A stretch of 40,242 bases of DNA, from NCBI RefSeq assembly GCF_038025025.1, contig NW_027117343.1, forward strand, positions 2,418,001 to 2,458,242, read 5' to 3'. This document shows positions 9,740-22,312 of this stretch, one piece after another. The stretch's first letter is position 1. Each line of letters opens with the position of its first letter. The notes beneath the pieces are model-generated. The model searched no databases. It was not told the DNA's origin and worked only from the letters and a program-made list of their open reading frames with translations. The translations under genes and the position numbers were made by a program. The DNA is from Phyllosticta citribraziliensis. Its lineage: Eukaryota.

Positions 9740-11151
9740 ATGTCCAAAGGCACGACCTACCTGTTGGTGTCGCTACCCACGTCCATCGTCCCCTCCAACG
9801 ACCGCGAGGACGCCCTCAACGCGCTGCGCTCCGCCGTCACCTCCGACTATGGCACCACCTACCCCTTCCAGATACCCGCCTTCAAGATTGGCACCCTCGA
9901 CGCCCTAGTCCAGCAGGCCGATGACCTGGCCAAGCTCGAAGGCATCTGCTCTGCTGTGGTCGGCAAGGTTGGAGACACACTGCGGACTATATTGGACAAT
10001 GACGAGGACAAGATTGCCCAGCAAAAGAACATTAACGACAGTATGTGCCCATCTTGAGCTTGGGGCTACAGAGAACTGTTTTAGTGACCGACTTGAGCAG
10101 AGCCCGTGGACCACTACCTCCGCTCCTTTTCCTGGAACAAGGTCAAGTACCGCGCGGACAAGCCAATTGCGGAGCTTATAGATTCCTTGCAAAAGGTACC
10201 TATGGTGAACGCTCACATTCGACGCTCTCTCTGACACGCCTTAGGAAATTGTCGGCATTGACAACGATGTCAAGGGCAAGTTTAACCAGTACAACTCGGT
10301 CAAGACGAATCTGGCTGCATCGCAACGGAAACAGACGTAAGCTTCCCCAACACCCACGCACGACATCTTCTAACAAGGCAAAAACACAGCGGAAACCTCG
10401 CCACCAAATCTCTCGCCTCCATCGTTCCGCCCTCAGCCTTGATTCAAGAGTCCGAGTATCTTGAAACGCACCTCATTGCCGTCCCCAACTCTCTGACGAA
10501 GGAGTTCCTCAAGACCTACGAAACCCTGTCAGAAATGGTTGTTCCGCGCTCCGCATCCCAGATCGCAAAGGATGACGAGTTTACACTGTTTGCTGCGACA
10601 ACGTTCAAGAAGCATAGCGCAGACTTCATTCACAAGTGCCGCGAGAGGCGCTGGACGCCCCGCGACTTCAAGTACAAGGAGGGTTCAAAGGAGGAGGAAG
10701 CACGCGAGGTAGATCGTCTAGAAAAGGAGGAACGCAAGGTGTGGGGTGAAGCGTTGCGGTTGGGCCGGACAGGATACAGCGAGAGCGCCATGATTTGGAT
10801 CCATGTGCTGGCATTGCGCGTGTTTGTCGAGACGGTGCTGCGGTACGGTCTGCCGTTGGAGTTTGTGTGCGGCCTCGTCCAGGTATGCTCCGTCCGAATC
10901 TGGTTCTCCTGCTCCAAATTTCGACCAGGCGGCATTCTAACATGTGGCAGACAACCAGCAAAGTTGCCAAGAAAGCAAAGGCAAATCTCGACGTCAGCTA
11001 CTCGTACTTGGGTGGAAATGCCTTTGGTCGCGACAACAAGGGCCGTGTGAAAAAGGACGAGGCGGTCAATGCCGAAATGGCTGCCGCCGGCCACGCAGGC
11101 GACAGCAACGAATACACCGCCTACGTTTATTACGAATTCGACATCCAATAG
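9740..11151 (+). CDS. VMA5: V-type H+-ATPase V1 subunit C, ~393 aa
   Basis: Exons 9740-10040, 10101-10195, 10245-10336, 10390-10882, 10951-11151, frame consistent. Motifs FKIGTLDALV, FSWNKVKY, ESEYLETHLIAVP, YETLSEMVVPRSA, WIHVLALRVFVETVLRYGLP, C-terminal YVYYEF. Confidence 0.97.
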
Positions 11152-11729
11152 AGTAGCAGTACATAAAGAGGACGGTTCTGAAAAGCTACTTGGACGACTT
11201 GTCGGCAGCGGAGCGAAGAGGGCGTTGAATTGTTCTTGTTGTGTATATTATGTCGTGGATAAAGGATATGGATGCCAGTGCTTTCGGGGGTTCAGGGCAA
11301 CTCTTCGACCATGTGTCAGCCTGACATGTTATTCCCATGCGTTTGTACGACAAGGCTAATCAGCTTGCAGTGTGGGGCAGATGGAGCGAGGTTGGGCGCG
11401 GCTTAGCATGGTACGTTGACTTGCTTTTGGAATCGTTCTGAACAGCGGAAATAATCTGACGGTCTTACAGTAGTAAGACTACCCGCACCAGATCTTCGAC
11501 CTGTCGGATGCTCCTGCTGGTCACATTTGTCTCCCTTTACCTATCCCACAACCTGTTTCTCATCTTGGTTATCTTTCTCCGTTCCGTGAGTTCGTCATGT
11601 ACGCTGCATCTTCCTTTTGAAGCTTTGAGCACCGCGTGCGACCACCCCTGGACGTACAACATCACTCCTCGCATGATACATACCAATACTTTCCACAACT
11701 TCTGGTCATCCGGCGCGAGACCCACGAAC

Positions 11730-11762
11730 CTTGGCAGATTTCCGATACTTGGCAGATTTCCG
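11730..11762 (+). repeat. Perfect 15-bp direct repeat CTTGGCAGATTTCCG x2 in the MFS promoter
   Basis: Copies at 11730-11744 and 11748-11762. Each contains GCCAAG (PacC consensus GCCARG) and a CGG triplet on the minus strand. Confidence 0.7.
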
Positions 11763-12241
11763 GGGCGCGTACGTGCGGTTCCTTTCCGCCGTTATCACCA
11801 TGAGCTGACAAGACAGTCGCCTGACTCCGCACTTTCGGAAAATGTAGCAGCGAAGGGGTTGCGTCATGTGGTGATTGATAGGCGGCGGGCACCAACCCCA
11901 GCTTTTCCCTGCGTCCCCAGAGCCCCACTGTACAACAAGGGCCTCCAACGCTGTGCTCCTTCCCCACGCCCCACGGTTCCTCCATCATTCGATGATCCAT
12001 GCCAACGGCAGCAATTCCAAGCGCCGCTCAGACGTTCAGGAGAATGAAACGGGGACATGCATCGGCTAAGTTCCCCTGCCATGCACGAACGGCCAGACAA
12101 GGCACTTGCCGAGGGGCTGGAGGCTATATCTTTTGTTTACCCCTAGTCGTTTTGTTGTTGACTCCGCGTCCTGGCTGTTGCTTCTGATCGCCAGTTTGAA
12201 AATTTTGTCCCTAACACGCACCTGAACCCAGAGATTCAATT

Positions 12242-14043
12242 ATGGCGCAGACAGACGACAAACCACCAGTAGACCTCGTCGAGTACCTGGAGAATGAATC
12301 CACCAAGGACGGCGGTGTTGAAACTGCCTCGGACAAAGACGAGGCGGCTTGGAACAGACACTTTCGGAGCAAGGATGAAGAGTACATAGCGCATCTGAGG
12401 AAGGGGATGTTGCGAAAAGTCAACATTCATCTGCTTCCGCTATTGGGTCTCATGTATCTCCTGAACTTCCTGGACAGAAGGTACGTGTTCGTAAAACCTC
12501 TGTACAGAATTGGGCTAACTCGTCCCCAGCAACCTTGCACAAGCTCGACTGGGAACTTTGGAAAAGGATCTCAACATGAAGGGTTCAGACTTCAACCTCG
12601 CCACTTCGATCTTGTTCGTCGTACGTACTTTCTGTCTTCGTCAATCGAATGCTTCAAAATTGACTCGAGAAAACAGGGCTACATCCTCATGCAACTCCCA
12701 TCGAATCTCCTCCTCACGCGAATCCGACCATCTCTGTCAGTCCCTCCGTACCCGCAGTAGCAGGTCTCTGACTCCTGAACAGATATCTTGGCATCTGTAT
12801 GGCCATTTGGGGCACCATCTCAACAGCTCAAGCCGGTGCACACACATTCGGCGGCCTTGTCGCCGCGAGATTCTTCCTCGGTTTCGCTGAAGCCCCTTTC
12901 TTCCCTGGCGCCATCTTTCTGATGAGCAGCTGGTACACTCGCGCAGAACTTGCGAACCGCATCTCGTGGTTTTACGTCGGGGCAACGCTAGCCAATGCCT
13001 TTGGAGGGCTGCTCGGAGCAGGCGTGCTGGGCAATCTTGAAGGTGCCCACGGCATCAGTGGGTGGCGGTATCTTTTCATCATCGAAGGCGCTATCACCAT
13101 CGCTTTCGCGGTTCTGTGCGCCTTTGTGCTGCCAGACTATCCCATGACGACGCGGTGGCTGACGCAAGAGGAGCGCGCATTTGCTGCGTGGCGGCTGGCA
13201 GTGGACGTGGGCGAAGGTGACGAGGCCAAGGACGTGGGTGTGCTCGAGGGACTCATGATGGCGTTGAAGGATCCAAAACTCTACGTTTTTGTGCTGTTCC
13301 AGCACTGCAGCCTCTTGACGCAGGCCTTCCAGTACTTCTTGCCTACCATCGTCAAGACGCTAGGCTACAACAATATTGTCAGTACCTCCAACTCTCAAAT
13401 CGGCACGACATCCCATCGCAGTGCTTACTCCTTTCCAAACCGCTCTCGTCACTGACACGCTACACAGACGACGCTCCTCATCACAGCGCCCGTCTGGGTC
13501 CTGACCTTCTTCGCCGCCTTAGCCGTCACGTTCTCGTCCGGCCGCACCGGCGACCGCAGCATCCACATCGCCTGCCTCAGTCTCGTGTCCTTGGCCGGAA
13601 ACGTCATCTGCGTTTCCACACTCAGCACGCCCGCACGTTTCTTTGGCATGTTCCTCATGCCGCTCGGGGCCATCCCCGCCTACCAAATCCTGCTCGCCTG
13701 GCTGGCCAACACATTCCCCCGCCCGCTCGTCAAGCGCAGCGCCACATTGGCTATCTGCAACCTCCTCGGGAACGCGAGCAACATCTACGCGCCCTACATG
13801 TACCCGTCGGCCGACTCGCCGCGCTACATTGCCGGTGGCATCGCGACGGCGGCTGTCAGCGGCCTCGTTGCCATTCTGGCCATCTGTATCCGCTTCTGGC
13901 TCGCCGCTGAGAATCGCAAGCTGGACCGTGCCGAGGCGGATGAGTTCGGTATTGCTGCTGTTGACGAGGAGGCGGAGGTGAGGGCGACTGGCGGCGCGGT
14001 GGAGACAGAGAACGGGGATGTCCGGTTTAGGTACATCTTGTAG
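12242..14043 (+). CDS. MFS transporter, anion:cation symporter (Dal5/Tna1 allantoate-permease-like) family, ~519 aa
   Basis: Exons 12242-12480, 12530-12620, 12677-12735, 12783-13377, 13468-14043. Motifs YLLNFLDRSNLAQARL, GYILMQLPSNLLL, RFFLGFAEAPFFPG, SSWYTRAEL, GWRYLFIIEG, LPDYP..TRWLT, C-terminal FRYIL. Confidence 0.93.
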
Positions 14044-14560
14044 ACTTGGGAAGGGCGTGAGACGTGCTGGCCACACTAGTCGATCGGATAATCTGTCGGT
14101 TGGACAGAGTCGCTCAATACCCGCTGCCACAGTTAGATAAATCACCACAAGTAGAGACATGAAGAACGGAATGAGAAAGGCGTTATCATATTTTGGTGCA
14201 GATGAGAAAGCAACAGGTGAGAAAACAAAGCAAGCCATCGAAATTACTCCGTGTCTCTCCTTCTACTACAATGTGGGGAGCAAAAGCAGATCCAATACAT
14301 TCCCAATGCCGTTCTTTACCAACCGTTACCGCTCCGCCCAAGATCCGTGTTCAACTTACAGATGTAAGACAAAGGGTATATCTATTGTGCATGACAAAAT
14401 GAAACAGGAAATAAATATGAAACAGAAGTTTTCTGGAAAACAAGATGTGTGAGTGCATATGGAAAATGGGGGAAAATGTCGTGAGAGAGAGGGTTTCCGA
14501 ACACCAGGAGTCGAGAAGACAGGCCAGGCGTCAAACCCGCCGGCTAGCGGATTGACGTCT

Positions 14561-17500
14561 TTATTCGACGTAGAAAGTGCTCAGCCCTCTGTCGTCATAA
14601 TCTCCGTAGCCGCGGCCAGAGTACAGGTCGTCCTCAGAAACCATTTCGTCATCGTCAAGTTCACTCTCCTCGTCCTTTTCCTCAGCGTAGTACATCAACA
14701 CGCTCTCGCCCTGACTCATGACACTCTCCCTGTTGCCCGGCTCGCCTTCATCCGGCACTTCAGTCTGCGTACCATCATCATCGGCGGTGACCGCAGACGC
14801 AGTCGCAGCCTCCTCGTCCTCATCCTCTTCCCGCGGCGTCGACAGACGAATCGTGCGGCCGTCATCCTCGTCCTCGTCTTCTTCCTCCAGCACTGAATTT
14901 TCGTCCCACCGCTGCTGGTGCGACCAGCGTTGTTGGCGGTGCGTGCGCATGTACTGGCGGTACAGTTCGCGCTGATGCGCCAGCACCTGGCTGCGCCGTT
15001 GGCGCTGAGCCTCTGCCGACACGGACGCCGCCGCTGCAATGTCTTCGTCGTATTGTCCGTCGCGGTCTTCGTTTTCGTATTCCGTGACTGCTTCCAGCTC
15101 GTCGCCATACCCCGTGTTTTGGCTGAGGCGGTAAAGATCGTAATCCGAGTCGGCCGACGCGACGCTGCTGCGGTCGCGTCCGTAGTCGCCGGCGTGCGAG
15201 TTGCTGCGGCGGATCGCGGCGCTGTTGTGGCCGAAGCGCTGCAGCGCGGGCGCTGGGAGTGGGAGCGGTGGCGGCGTCTCAGCTGAGCGACCGGGAAGAT
15301 TGCTGTTGCTTCCATTGCCGCCAGACATGCTGTAGTAGCTTTCACGGACCCCAGAGGCACGAGAGTCTCGATCGCGGAAGGAGGAAAAGGGGCGTGTGTA
15401 GCGGAATTGGCTGCTGCGAGGACCATTGCCGTTGTCCATGACAGATCCTCTTTGCGACGGGGAAATGAAGGTGCTGCCCGTGTCCCCTGCCCGCGACTCG
15501 CGCGGATTCCAGAAGCGTGTGTTTCGTTGAACAGCGGTCAAGTCATGACTGTCGCGCGTAGCGGTGGAGAAGCGGTCGGCGGAGGTGGAGGGCGGCTCAC
15601 GGTCGCGGACCGTGGTCGTGGAAAGAGTGCGACTATCGCGAGGAGGTTGCCGATTTGTGTTGCGGCGTCTGAATGACGGGTTGCGCGTTGAGAGCCAAGA
15701 GCGGCTGTTGCGTGCGCTTGGGGCGGCGGTGCCGTTGGTGTTTTCGGCTTCGTTCTCATCCCATGCCTGCGATTGCGTGAGTACGCCGCGCTCCATCAAG
15801 CTGAGAACGTCGCGACTGCGGCGGCGCATGCTGCTCGACCTCTTTGGCCAATCGCGCAAAAGTGATATTCCGCCTCTTTCCATTAAGCTGCCGCGATCAA
15901 GGAATGTCATTGACGTTGGCAGCGCCGCGGAGCGACGAGAATCTAGCGCCTCGCTCGCCGTAGACTCGCGGGGTCTGCTGTTTGCTGGCAACGTCCCAAA
16001 CATGGTTTGTCGAGGAGTGGGATCATAGACATGCTCGGGTTCGTTGAGTGCTTGTGCGATGGGAGTATCGGTGTCGTTTTCGAGCATGTCTTGCGGTTGC
16101 TGAATGTCGTCGTTGCCAAAGAGGTCTTCCATCAGGCTGTCGTCATCGTAGCGACTAGATTCTTCGGTCCTGGGTGTGTCCGGCACCTGTTTCGAATCGA
16201 CATACATGCTCTCCGTTCCAGGGATTGTAATGGGGTGCGGAGGCGGCTTTCTCGGGTCCACGTAGATGCTGTCTTCAGGGTATCGGCTCGATGCAGCTAC
16301 GGATGTGTATTTGCTGGATGCTCCGCTTGGTGGAATGTTGGCATCTGTGTATGTGCTCCCAGCCCTGGTTTTGGTGACGATAGAGATTGGTTTTGGAGGT
16401 GGCTGTCCTGCATCTGTGTAGATGCTCTCGTCATATCTGCTCGAGGTTGCAGAAATGACGGATGCTGGTTTTGTTGGCGTTTGATAAATGCTCTCGTCAT
16501 CGTACTTGCTGGAAGCTGTCGTGAGATGGGTCTGCGGTCGGCTGGCAACGGTCGCCATGCTTTTGGTGTTCTTGCCCGAGGGAGATTTGGGCGGAGGCGT
16601 AGGAGGAGGTGGGCCGGGGTCAAAGTCACTGAGGTCAGGAGTAGGGGTAGTCGTGATTTCGTTTCCGGTGAAAGGGTCCGTGGTGGCTCTACTTGTTGCT
16701 CGACTCTTCGAGCGTTCACTCCCTTTACTGCTTGGTGGGGTCATCGGGCGTGGGGGTCGGTCCATGTCAGCCAGATTGACAAAGGAGCCAGTGACTTTTG
16801 GGTCCAATGTTGGTGGCCTGCCCATAGTCTGCATGGCCCCGGTTTGCGGAGGAGTTGGCGGCGGCGGTCCAGGATCAAAGTCACTAAAGGTGGGAGTGGG
16901 AATGTGTAGCCGGTTTGCGAAAGGATCCAGACTTCTTGTGTCGTCTGGATACGTCTTGACTCCTTCTCCTCCACTCATATCATATGCGGTTGCGGGAGTC
17001 TGGAGACTCCGACTCGGTAGGCTTTGCTCCGTGGCAGGCGGAGAACTTGACAGCAGCCGAGTGAAGAATAGCCTCAACGACGGGAGGCACGAGCAACCGA
17101 TTCCAACGTGCATTTCGACGGCGGTCCAGATCCACAAGTTGTACAGTGCCCAAGTGTTGTCGTAGGTTTTGTGATAGTACTGGTAGATGAGGACGCACCG
17201 AACGGTTCCGCAAGCGCACACACTGTTCTGGTTAGCGCCGTCTTTATTGGGTGGTGTCCAACTTACAACAGTCCCAAAAAGAAAATGATTCCCAAAGCAG
17301 TATGCTGGCGACCCGAAAATTTTAGACCCCAGAGAATGATCATAGGAAGGATGCAAGCCAAAAAGTCCTGCGCGACGCTGATGGCAGCTTCTGCAAGAAA
17401 GGCGGTGGATTCGTCAAAACAGCGGTAGCTGGTATAGTCCGGGTACATCTGCTTCCAAAACGCGTCTAGAGGTTGGCAATTTACAAAGAGCATAACCTCA

Positions 17501-18167
17501 CAGACGGTCATGTAGCAGGTGACGAAGCCGATGGAGGCCCAAATTACCCAGTAGAATATTACGGAGAAGGTGGAGGGGCTGACCCGCCGGTAAAAGCAAA
17601 AGACGGAAATCTTGGTCAGGGACGTGCTGAGGATATAGCAAAAGGTTGCCGTCCAGTGCATAAGGCGCGCGTTAGCGGCTTGTGCATGCGAAATATCCCA
17701 CGCGTGTTTTCCAACACCGTAGCGATTCCATCCTGTCCAGCCAAAAGTCAGCAAGGCGCAACACGGTTCGCGAGTCAGGAGTAATAACAGAGGCGAAGGG
17801 ATGTCCGTGGACAAGCAGTCCGACTCCATCCTTCGGTTGCTTAATTGAAACCTCGCTAATATCACATACCTAGAATGACCGAAACGTCGAAGCCAACCAT
17901 TGGAAGCTGCATATGTCAGTCGAATCTTCAACTCGTGCATGCTATACGTACAATCGCAAGCGCAATCAGCGCGTCGTCAACACCCGCGTTCCGGCGAAAC
18001 TTGAGGCGCGCAACCAGTCTCGCAACGACGACAGCAGAAGCGAACGCGATGAGGAAGCCCAGAAGGATTACAATCCCCGAGCCTTTGCTCTGAGCCCGAG
18101 GATACTGGTCGGTGTCGGAAGCCCACGCATCGAGAGTCGCCTGTGGCGGATGGAGACCTCCGCCCAT
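14561..18167 (-). CDS. PTH11-like (fungal rhodopsin-domain) 7-TM membrane protein without CFEM, with a very long disordered C-terminal tail, ~1126 aa
   Basis: Exons 18167-17952, 17906-17870, 17732-17267, 17222-14561; total length divisible by 3. Family motifs VVARLVAR..GVDDALI, GVGKHAWD, LTKISVFCFYRR, CQPLDAFW, DFLACILPMIILWGLK, WTAVEMHVGIGCSCLPSLR. Confidence 0.85.
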
Positions 18168-21100
18168 GTTGTAGCATCCCTCAGTCCCTCTCGGTCGTCC
18201 TGGGCGTGGTGTTGGAGGTGGACAGCTCGCGCAACAGGTCGATCAGATGGTTACAGTGCGGGCAATGGTTTTTCAAAGTCCAAAGCCACAACAGAATAAG
18301 GCTCGGTGGGCAAGCAAGGCCAAGTGCATGGAGCATCGGTCCCCCAGGTGCCATGGATGCCCTGGTGGCGTTGCGGACCTACCGGACTGTCGACGAATTG
18401 GGTGGCTTGGTTACATGAAGATGGCTGCTTGCAAGCATTGTAGTGGCTAAAAGTGAGCATTTTCAGTGGACAACGAGTGCTGTCCTGACGCCGCACCTCC
18501 TGTTTTGCAGTTTTCGAGAGGTGTGTAGGCGGCGGGACCGACTAGCATATGATTCTACATGGCCTGCAGATCGCACAACCGCCCAGGGATGCGCGGCCGG
18601 GTCCAACCGCCCAGACGTCAACAGTCTAGGATACCTCTGCCTATACTGCAGCTCAAAATGCTGACTAGCTGCGACAGGCTCTGGACGAGGGCCGCAGCGG
18701 CACTGGGTCAATTACCGAGCAAATGCCCATGGCGCCTGCGCTGCTGGCTAGTGGACAATGCACAGCTCATGGTTCTGGGCGTGCAGAGTTGAGGTAGCGT
18801 CCAGGAACGACAGGCTTCAGGATGTGGAGGTTTAGGGATGGGGATTGACGTATGTCTGCGGTATATTAGCTTTGGCGGAAGATTTTCCCATTGGCCGAGG
18901 TGCAAAAGAACGGTACAGGCTCTCTCTTGAAACAGTGAACAAGGTCAATGTTGAAACCAACCCCGCGCCGCTCGACTCTGCGCGCGCGCGATGGTTCTGC
19001 GCGGAGTCGAGATGGTGCATGTGGTTGGGCGATGGAACGCTGTCGAGCTGTCAGGTACAATCTGGTGCAGCATGGGCCGTGCGCGACGCCGGCGGCCAAT
19101 TGTTTCTGCATCTTCTAGCTGAACAGAAGCATCCCTCAAATTTCATGCGCCCGGGGGTCGATCAGACAGCAAAGACGAGACCCTTTTGGGCCAGGATGCG
19201 GAGAGGGCGACACTCCCACAGCGTGCCCTCGACACGGGCCACTGCCCAAACGGGACAAGCGCCGAGCTGCGTGGTCCAACGCCCGCTCCGCTGCAGACGC
19301 TCTGCTCTGCTCAACAACAACAACAAAGCAAGCCTTATCACCGCTTCAACAACAACCCTTGATCGTCGCTGTCCAATTCGATCCCGTCCAACCGTAATGA
19401 TCCAGGCCACCACTACAAGCGAAGACGCGGTCCGCCAAACTTTCCCAAGCACACAAGCATTCCGTAGGCCCGACAAGACCCCATCGCAACCGTTGCCGCA
19501 CCCGTCCGGCTGGCGACAAATTTGGCACCGCACACCCATCACCCAGACCGCATCGGCCCGGACAACGCGCGCGGCCGGACGTTGTCAGCGTGACCAGAAG
19601 CCATTTTTTGCAGGCAAGGAACGTTTAAGGTTTGTATATTGTAAAGTGCGGCTCACAGCGTCAAAGCGCAAAGTCTTTGATATAAACGGTCAACGGCTGC
19701 TCTGCGTCGTTTGCCCAACGCTTTCGTGCCTATCTTTGGAGCAGGTCTGAACGAGTGCCGTGGTAGGCTGCCAGGCACGCAGGTGACTGATTTCATTCAT
19801 GGATCTCTGCAGACAATCCGGGCTCTCCCAGTCCGCAGCCGTCTACGCTGCTACCGTCGGTGATATTCATGGCCGCCGAATTTTTTCACAACAAGCCTTG
19901 AGGATTGGCAGCAGCCATTGACGTACGCTCTACGTCGGCCAGCAGGTCCGCGGCTTGTACCGCTCTGTCTACGCCCGCCGCAAGAAGCACGCTTGGCCGA
20001 CGTGACGAACTGAAAGCCTACCGAAACGTCTCCGCGGTCGATTGATTTGCGGCAGGCATCTTCACCTCTTGGCTTGACATCTACCCGTGGCACGTACGCG
20101 ACTGGGCACTTTGACACGGCTGCTGTGCCTGCGCCCAAACCACCACCTCTCGAAAATATTTGAAATAGTTGCGTCCCGTCTTGCTTGGCATCACACACCC
20201 GTCACACCCACCACTTGCGCGGAGAAAGTGCATCCACACAGACCACTTGCGGCGCCGGCATGCTCCCAGTTCGCGGTCCGGTTCGCTCGGGTAGGTGGGT
20301 GTGGCAACCCGCAACCGTCATCTCTCTCTGTCGACAACACACACATAGCGGTGTCGGAATGGAGCGAACAGGCCCGACTAATCAGCGCCAGCTCAGGCTC
20401 TGGCGGCCTTCGGTCGAGATGCCGGACGAGTGAAAGCCATGCATTTGCACGTGTTCGCTCGCCTGGCCCGGCCTTCAACAGCATCCAGTTCATGGCCAGG
20501 AACAAGAGACGCACAGACTCGGCCTCAGACTCGGACTCGTCAAGAAATCAAGACCAGCCGCGCAGCGAGATTTGCCAACAGAACGTTGGCGAGTCACTTG
20601 GAAAGTACTTACTAAAGAAAAGCCTGTGTAGATGACTTGGCAGGGGGGCTTCATAGGGCGTGTGGGGGTAGAGTTTGAAAGGCGCGATTGGAGGCGCGGG
20701 TGCGAGGGGAAAAGTTGGTAGGGTGGCTGGTTCGCTAGCTAATGTAGCTTTAGCTATAGGTAGGTAGCTGGGTGTCGATGAAATGAAAACAGTCATTGTC
20801 TTTTAGCTTTCTTGCGTGTCACTCAACAAACATACCAACCAAATGACGGGGGAAAAAGTGTAGTCTGCCAGGATTAAATCATGCTCCCCTCCTCCATGCT
20901 CTTACTTCACCTCCATAACATCCTCCATGTCACCCCAGGGACCGAGTCCACTCTTCCTTGACATGTCGACGGATTTCGAGGGCTTGTTCGCCATGCACCC
21001 CTTCCAATGGAGCGCCCTCACCTTCGCGCACCTGGAGAACGTGGACGGCACCAGGGCGGCAGACTTTGATGTTCTCCGCCTGTGCTGCGCCATGCGCCCT

Positions 21101-21280
21101 CGCGCCTGCCACTTTCTACCACGCTAGCATCTCGCCTCCCGGCCTCACCTCGGCCCCCCCGTTCCCCACACCAATTCCACCCCCTGCACCCCCTGAGCCC
21201 CTGAAACCCCCCTAAACATCACCACACGCTCCACAACACATCCATGAGGGTTTGACAGGATACAAAAGGGCAAAAAGAAT

Positions 21281-21384
21281 TGCGTCGGCCGGGAATCGAA
21301 CCCGGGGCTGATCGAGTCATTTTTCGACCTTTGGAGGGAGGGTGAGAATGGCAACGATCAATTTTACCACTAAACCACCAACGC
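21281..21384 (-). tRNA. tRNA-Gly(GCC) with a 33-nt intron (21316-21348)
   Basis: Minus strand reads GCGTTGG TG GTTTAGTGGTAAAAT T GATCG TT GCC A [intron] T CGATC AGC CCCGG GTTCGATT CCCGG CCGACGC A. Acceptor, D, anticodon and T arms all pair; mature length 71 nt; T-run terminator downstream. Confidence 0.95.
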
Positions 21385-22312
21385 TTTGTTGTTGTTATGG
21401 AAATGGGGGCGGAGACAAGTGTTTATAATTTGCAAAACAATGGGGAAGGGGCGGGAGAGGGGCGGGGGAGCAACGAGGAGAGGAGAGGAAGGAGGGAAGG
21501 GACGAGAGTGTGTCGCAGTTATGAGGAGGAGGAGAAAGAAAGGAAGGGCGAGGATGATTTAAGTGGCTTAGCGGTGCCTCTTACCGCGGCATAAGAATGT
21601 GTTGTCCGCTGTAATGGCTTGCGTCTTCAAAAGCAGGAAACCCATTTTCATTTTTCATCCACAGATTCTGCGTGTTCGCTTTACCACCTTGATGCCGCTT
21701 TGACCTTTTTGTTCTTTGTTTCCTATTCGTCCGTTCAACTGGCTACAGATGTGTTGATCATGAGTTGACCAATTGGAATGCCTCGTGTCCCACCTACCAC
21801 AATATGAAGATAGTGCGCGGTGGTCTGGCGCGGAGATGTGTACACCGCAATCATCACTTCAAAGACTTGAAGAAGGGAGTGTCGGGACTTTGCGCTCTGC
21901 AAGTCGCGTGCAGAGAAGAGATCATCCCAAATTGTCGATACATGACTCACGGAATCATCGTCACGTCGAGTTTCCCTTGCTTTCACTGACCTTGAGTTGA
22001 CGCATTGTGTCTCAATTTTGTTGAAATTCTTTTCTCTTTTGTATATTCTTGTATATTTTCCTCTCTTCACACGCAATTGCAACTCGCATCGAATGTACAC
22101 GCGTCATGTACATACTTACAAGCTCTGTACAATCCAGCCCAAACGCACACGCCCTGAAAAAATCCCACTCGCTCTCTATCCAAACGCGCCAATCAATCAA
22201 TCAAACAACCCACCAATGCCAACGCCATCCCTGTCCCTCTATTGCCACTGTGAGGACTCCAATTTCCAAAATGAAACAACGAAAGAATGCGCCGACCCAT
22301 GAGCGATCCGAC

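Noticed and set aside
18200..20800. ORFs such as 18845-19750 (301 aa) and 20087-20635
   Set aside because: Arg/Ser/Cys-rich random-looking translations, non-ATG starts and no motifs; most likely the upstream region of the PTH11-like gene.
20927..21127. 66-aa plus-strand ORF with coding-like codon usage next to the tRNA
   Set aside because: Too short, no family recognised and no supporting exons; at best a gene fragment.
8010..21384. Functional link between GCV1 (glycine cleavage) and tRNA-Gly
   Set aside because: They are 12 kb apart with unrelated genes between; most likely coincidence.
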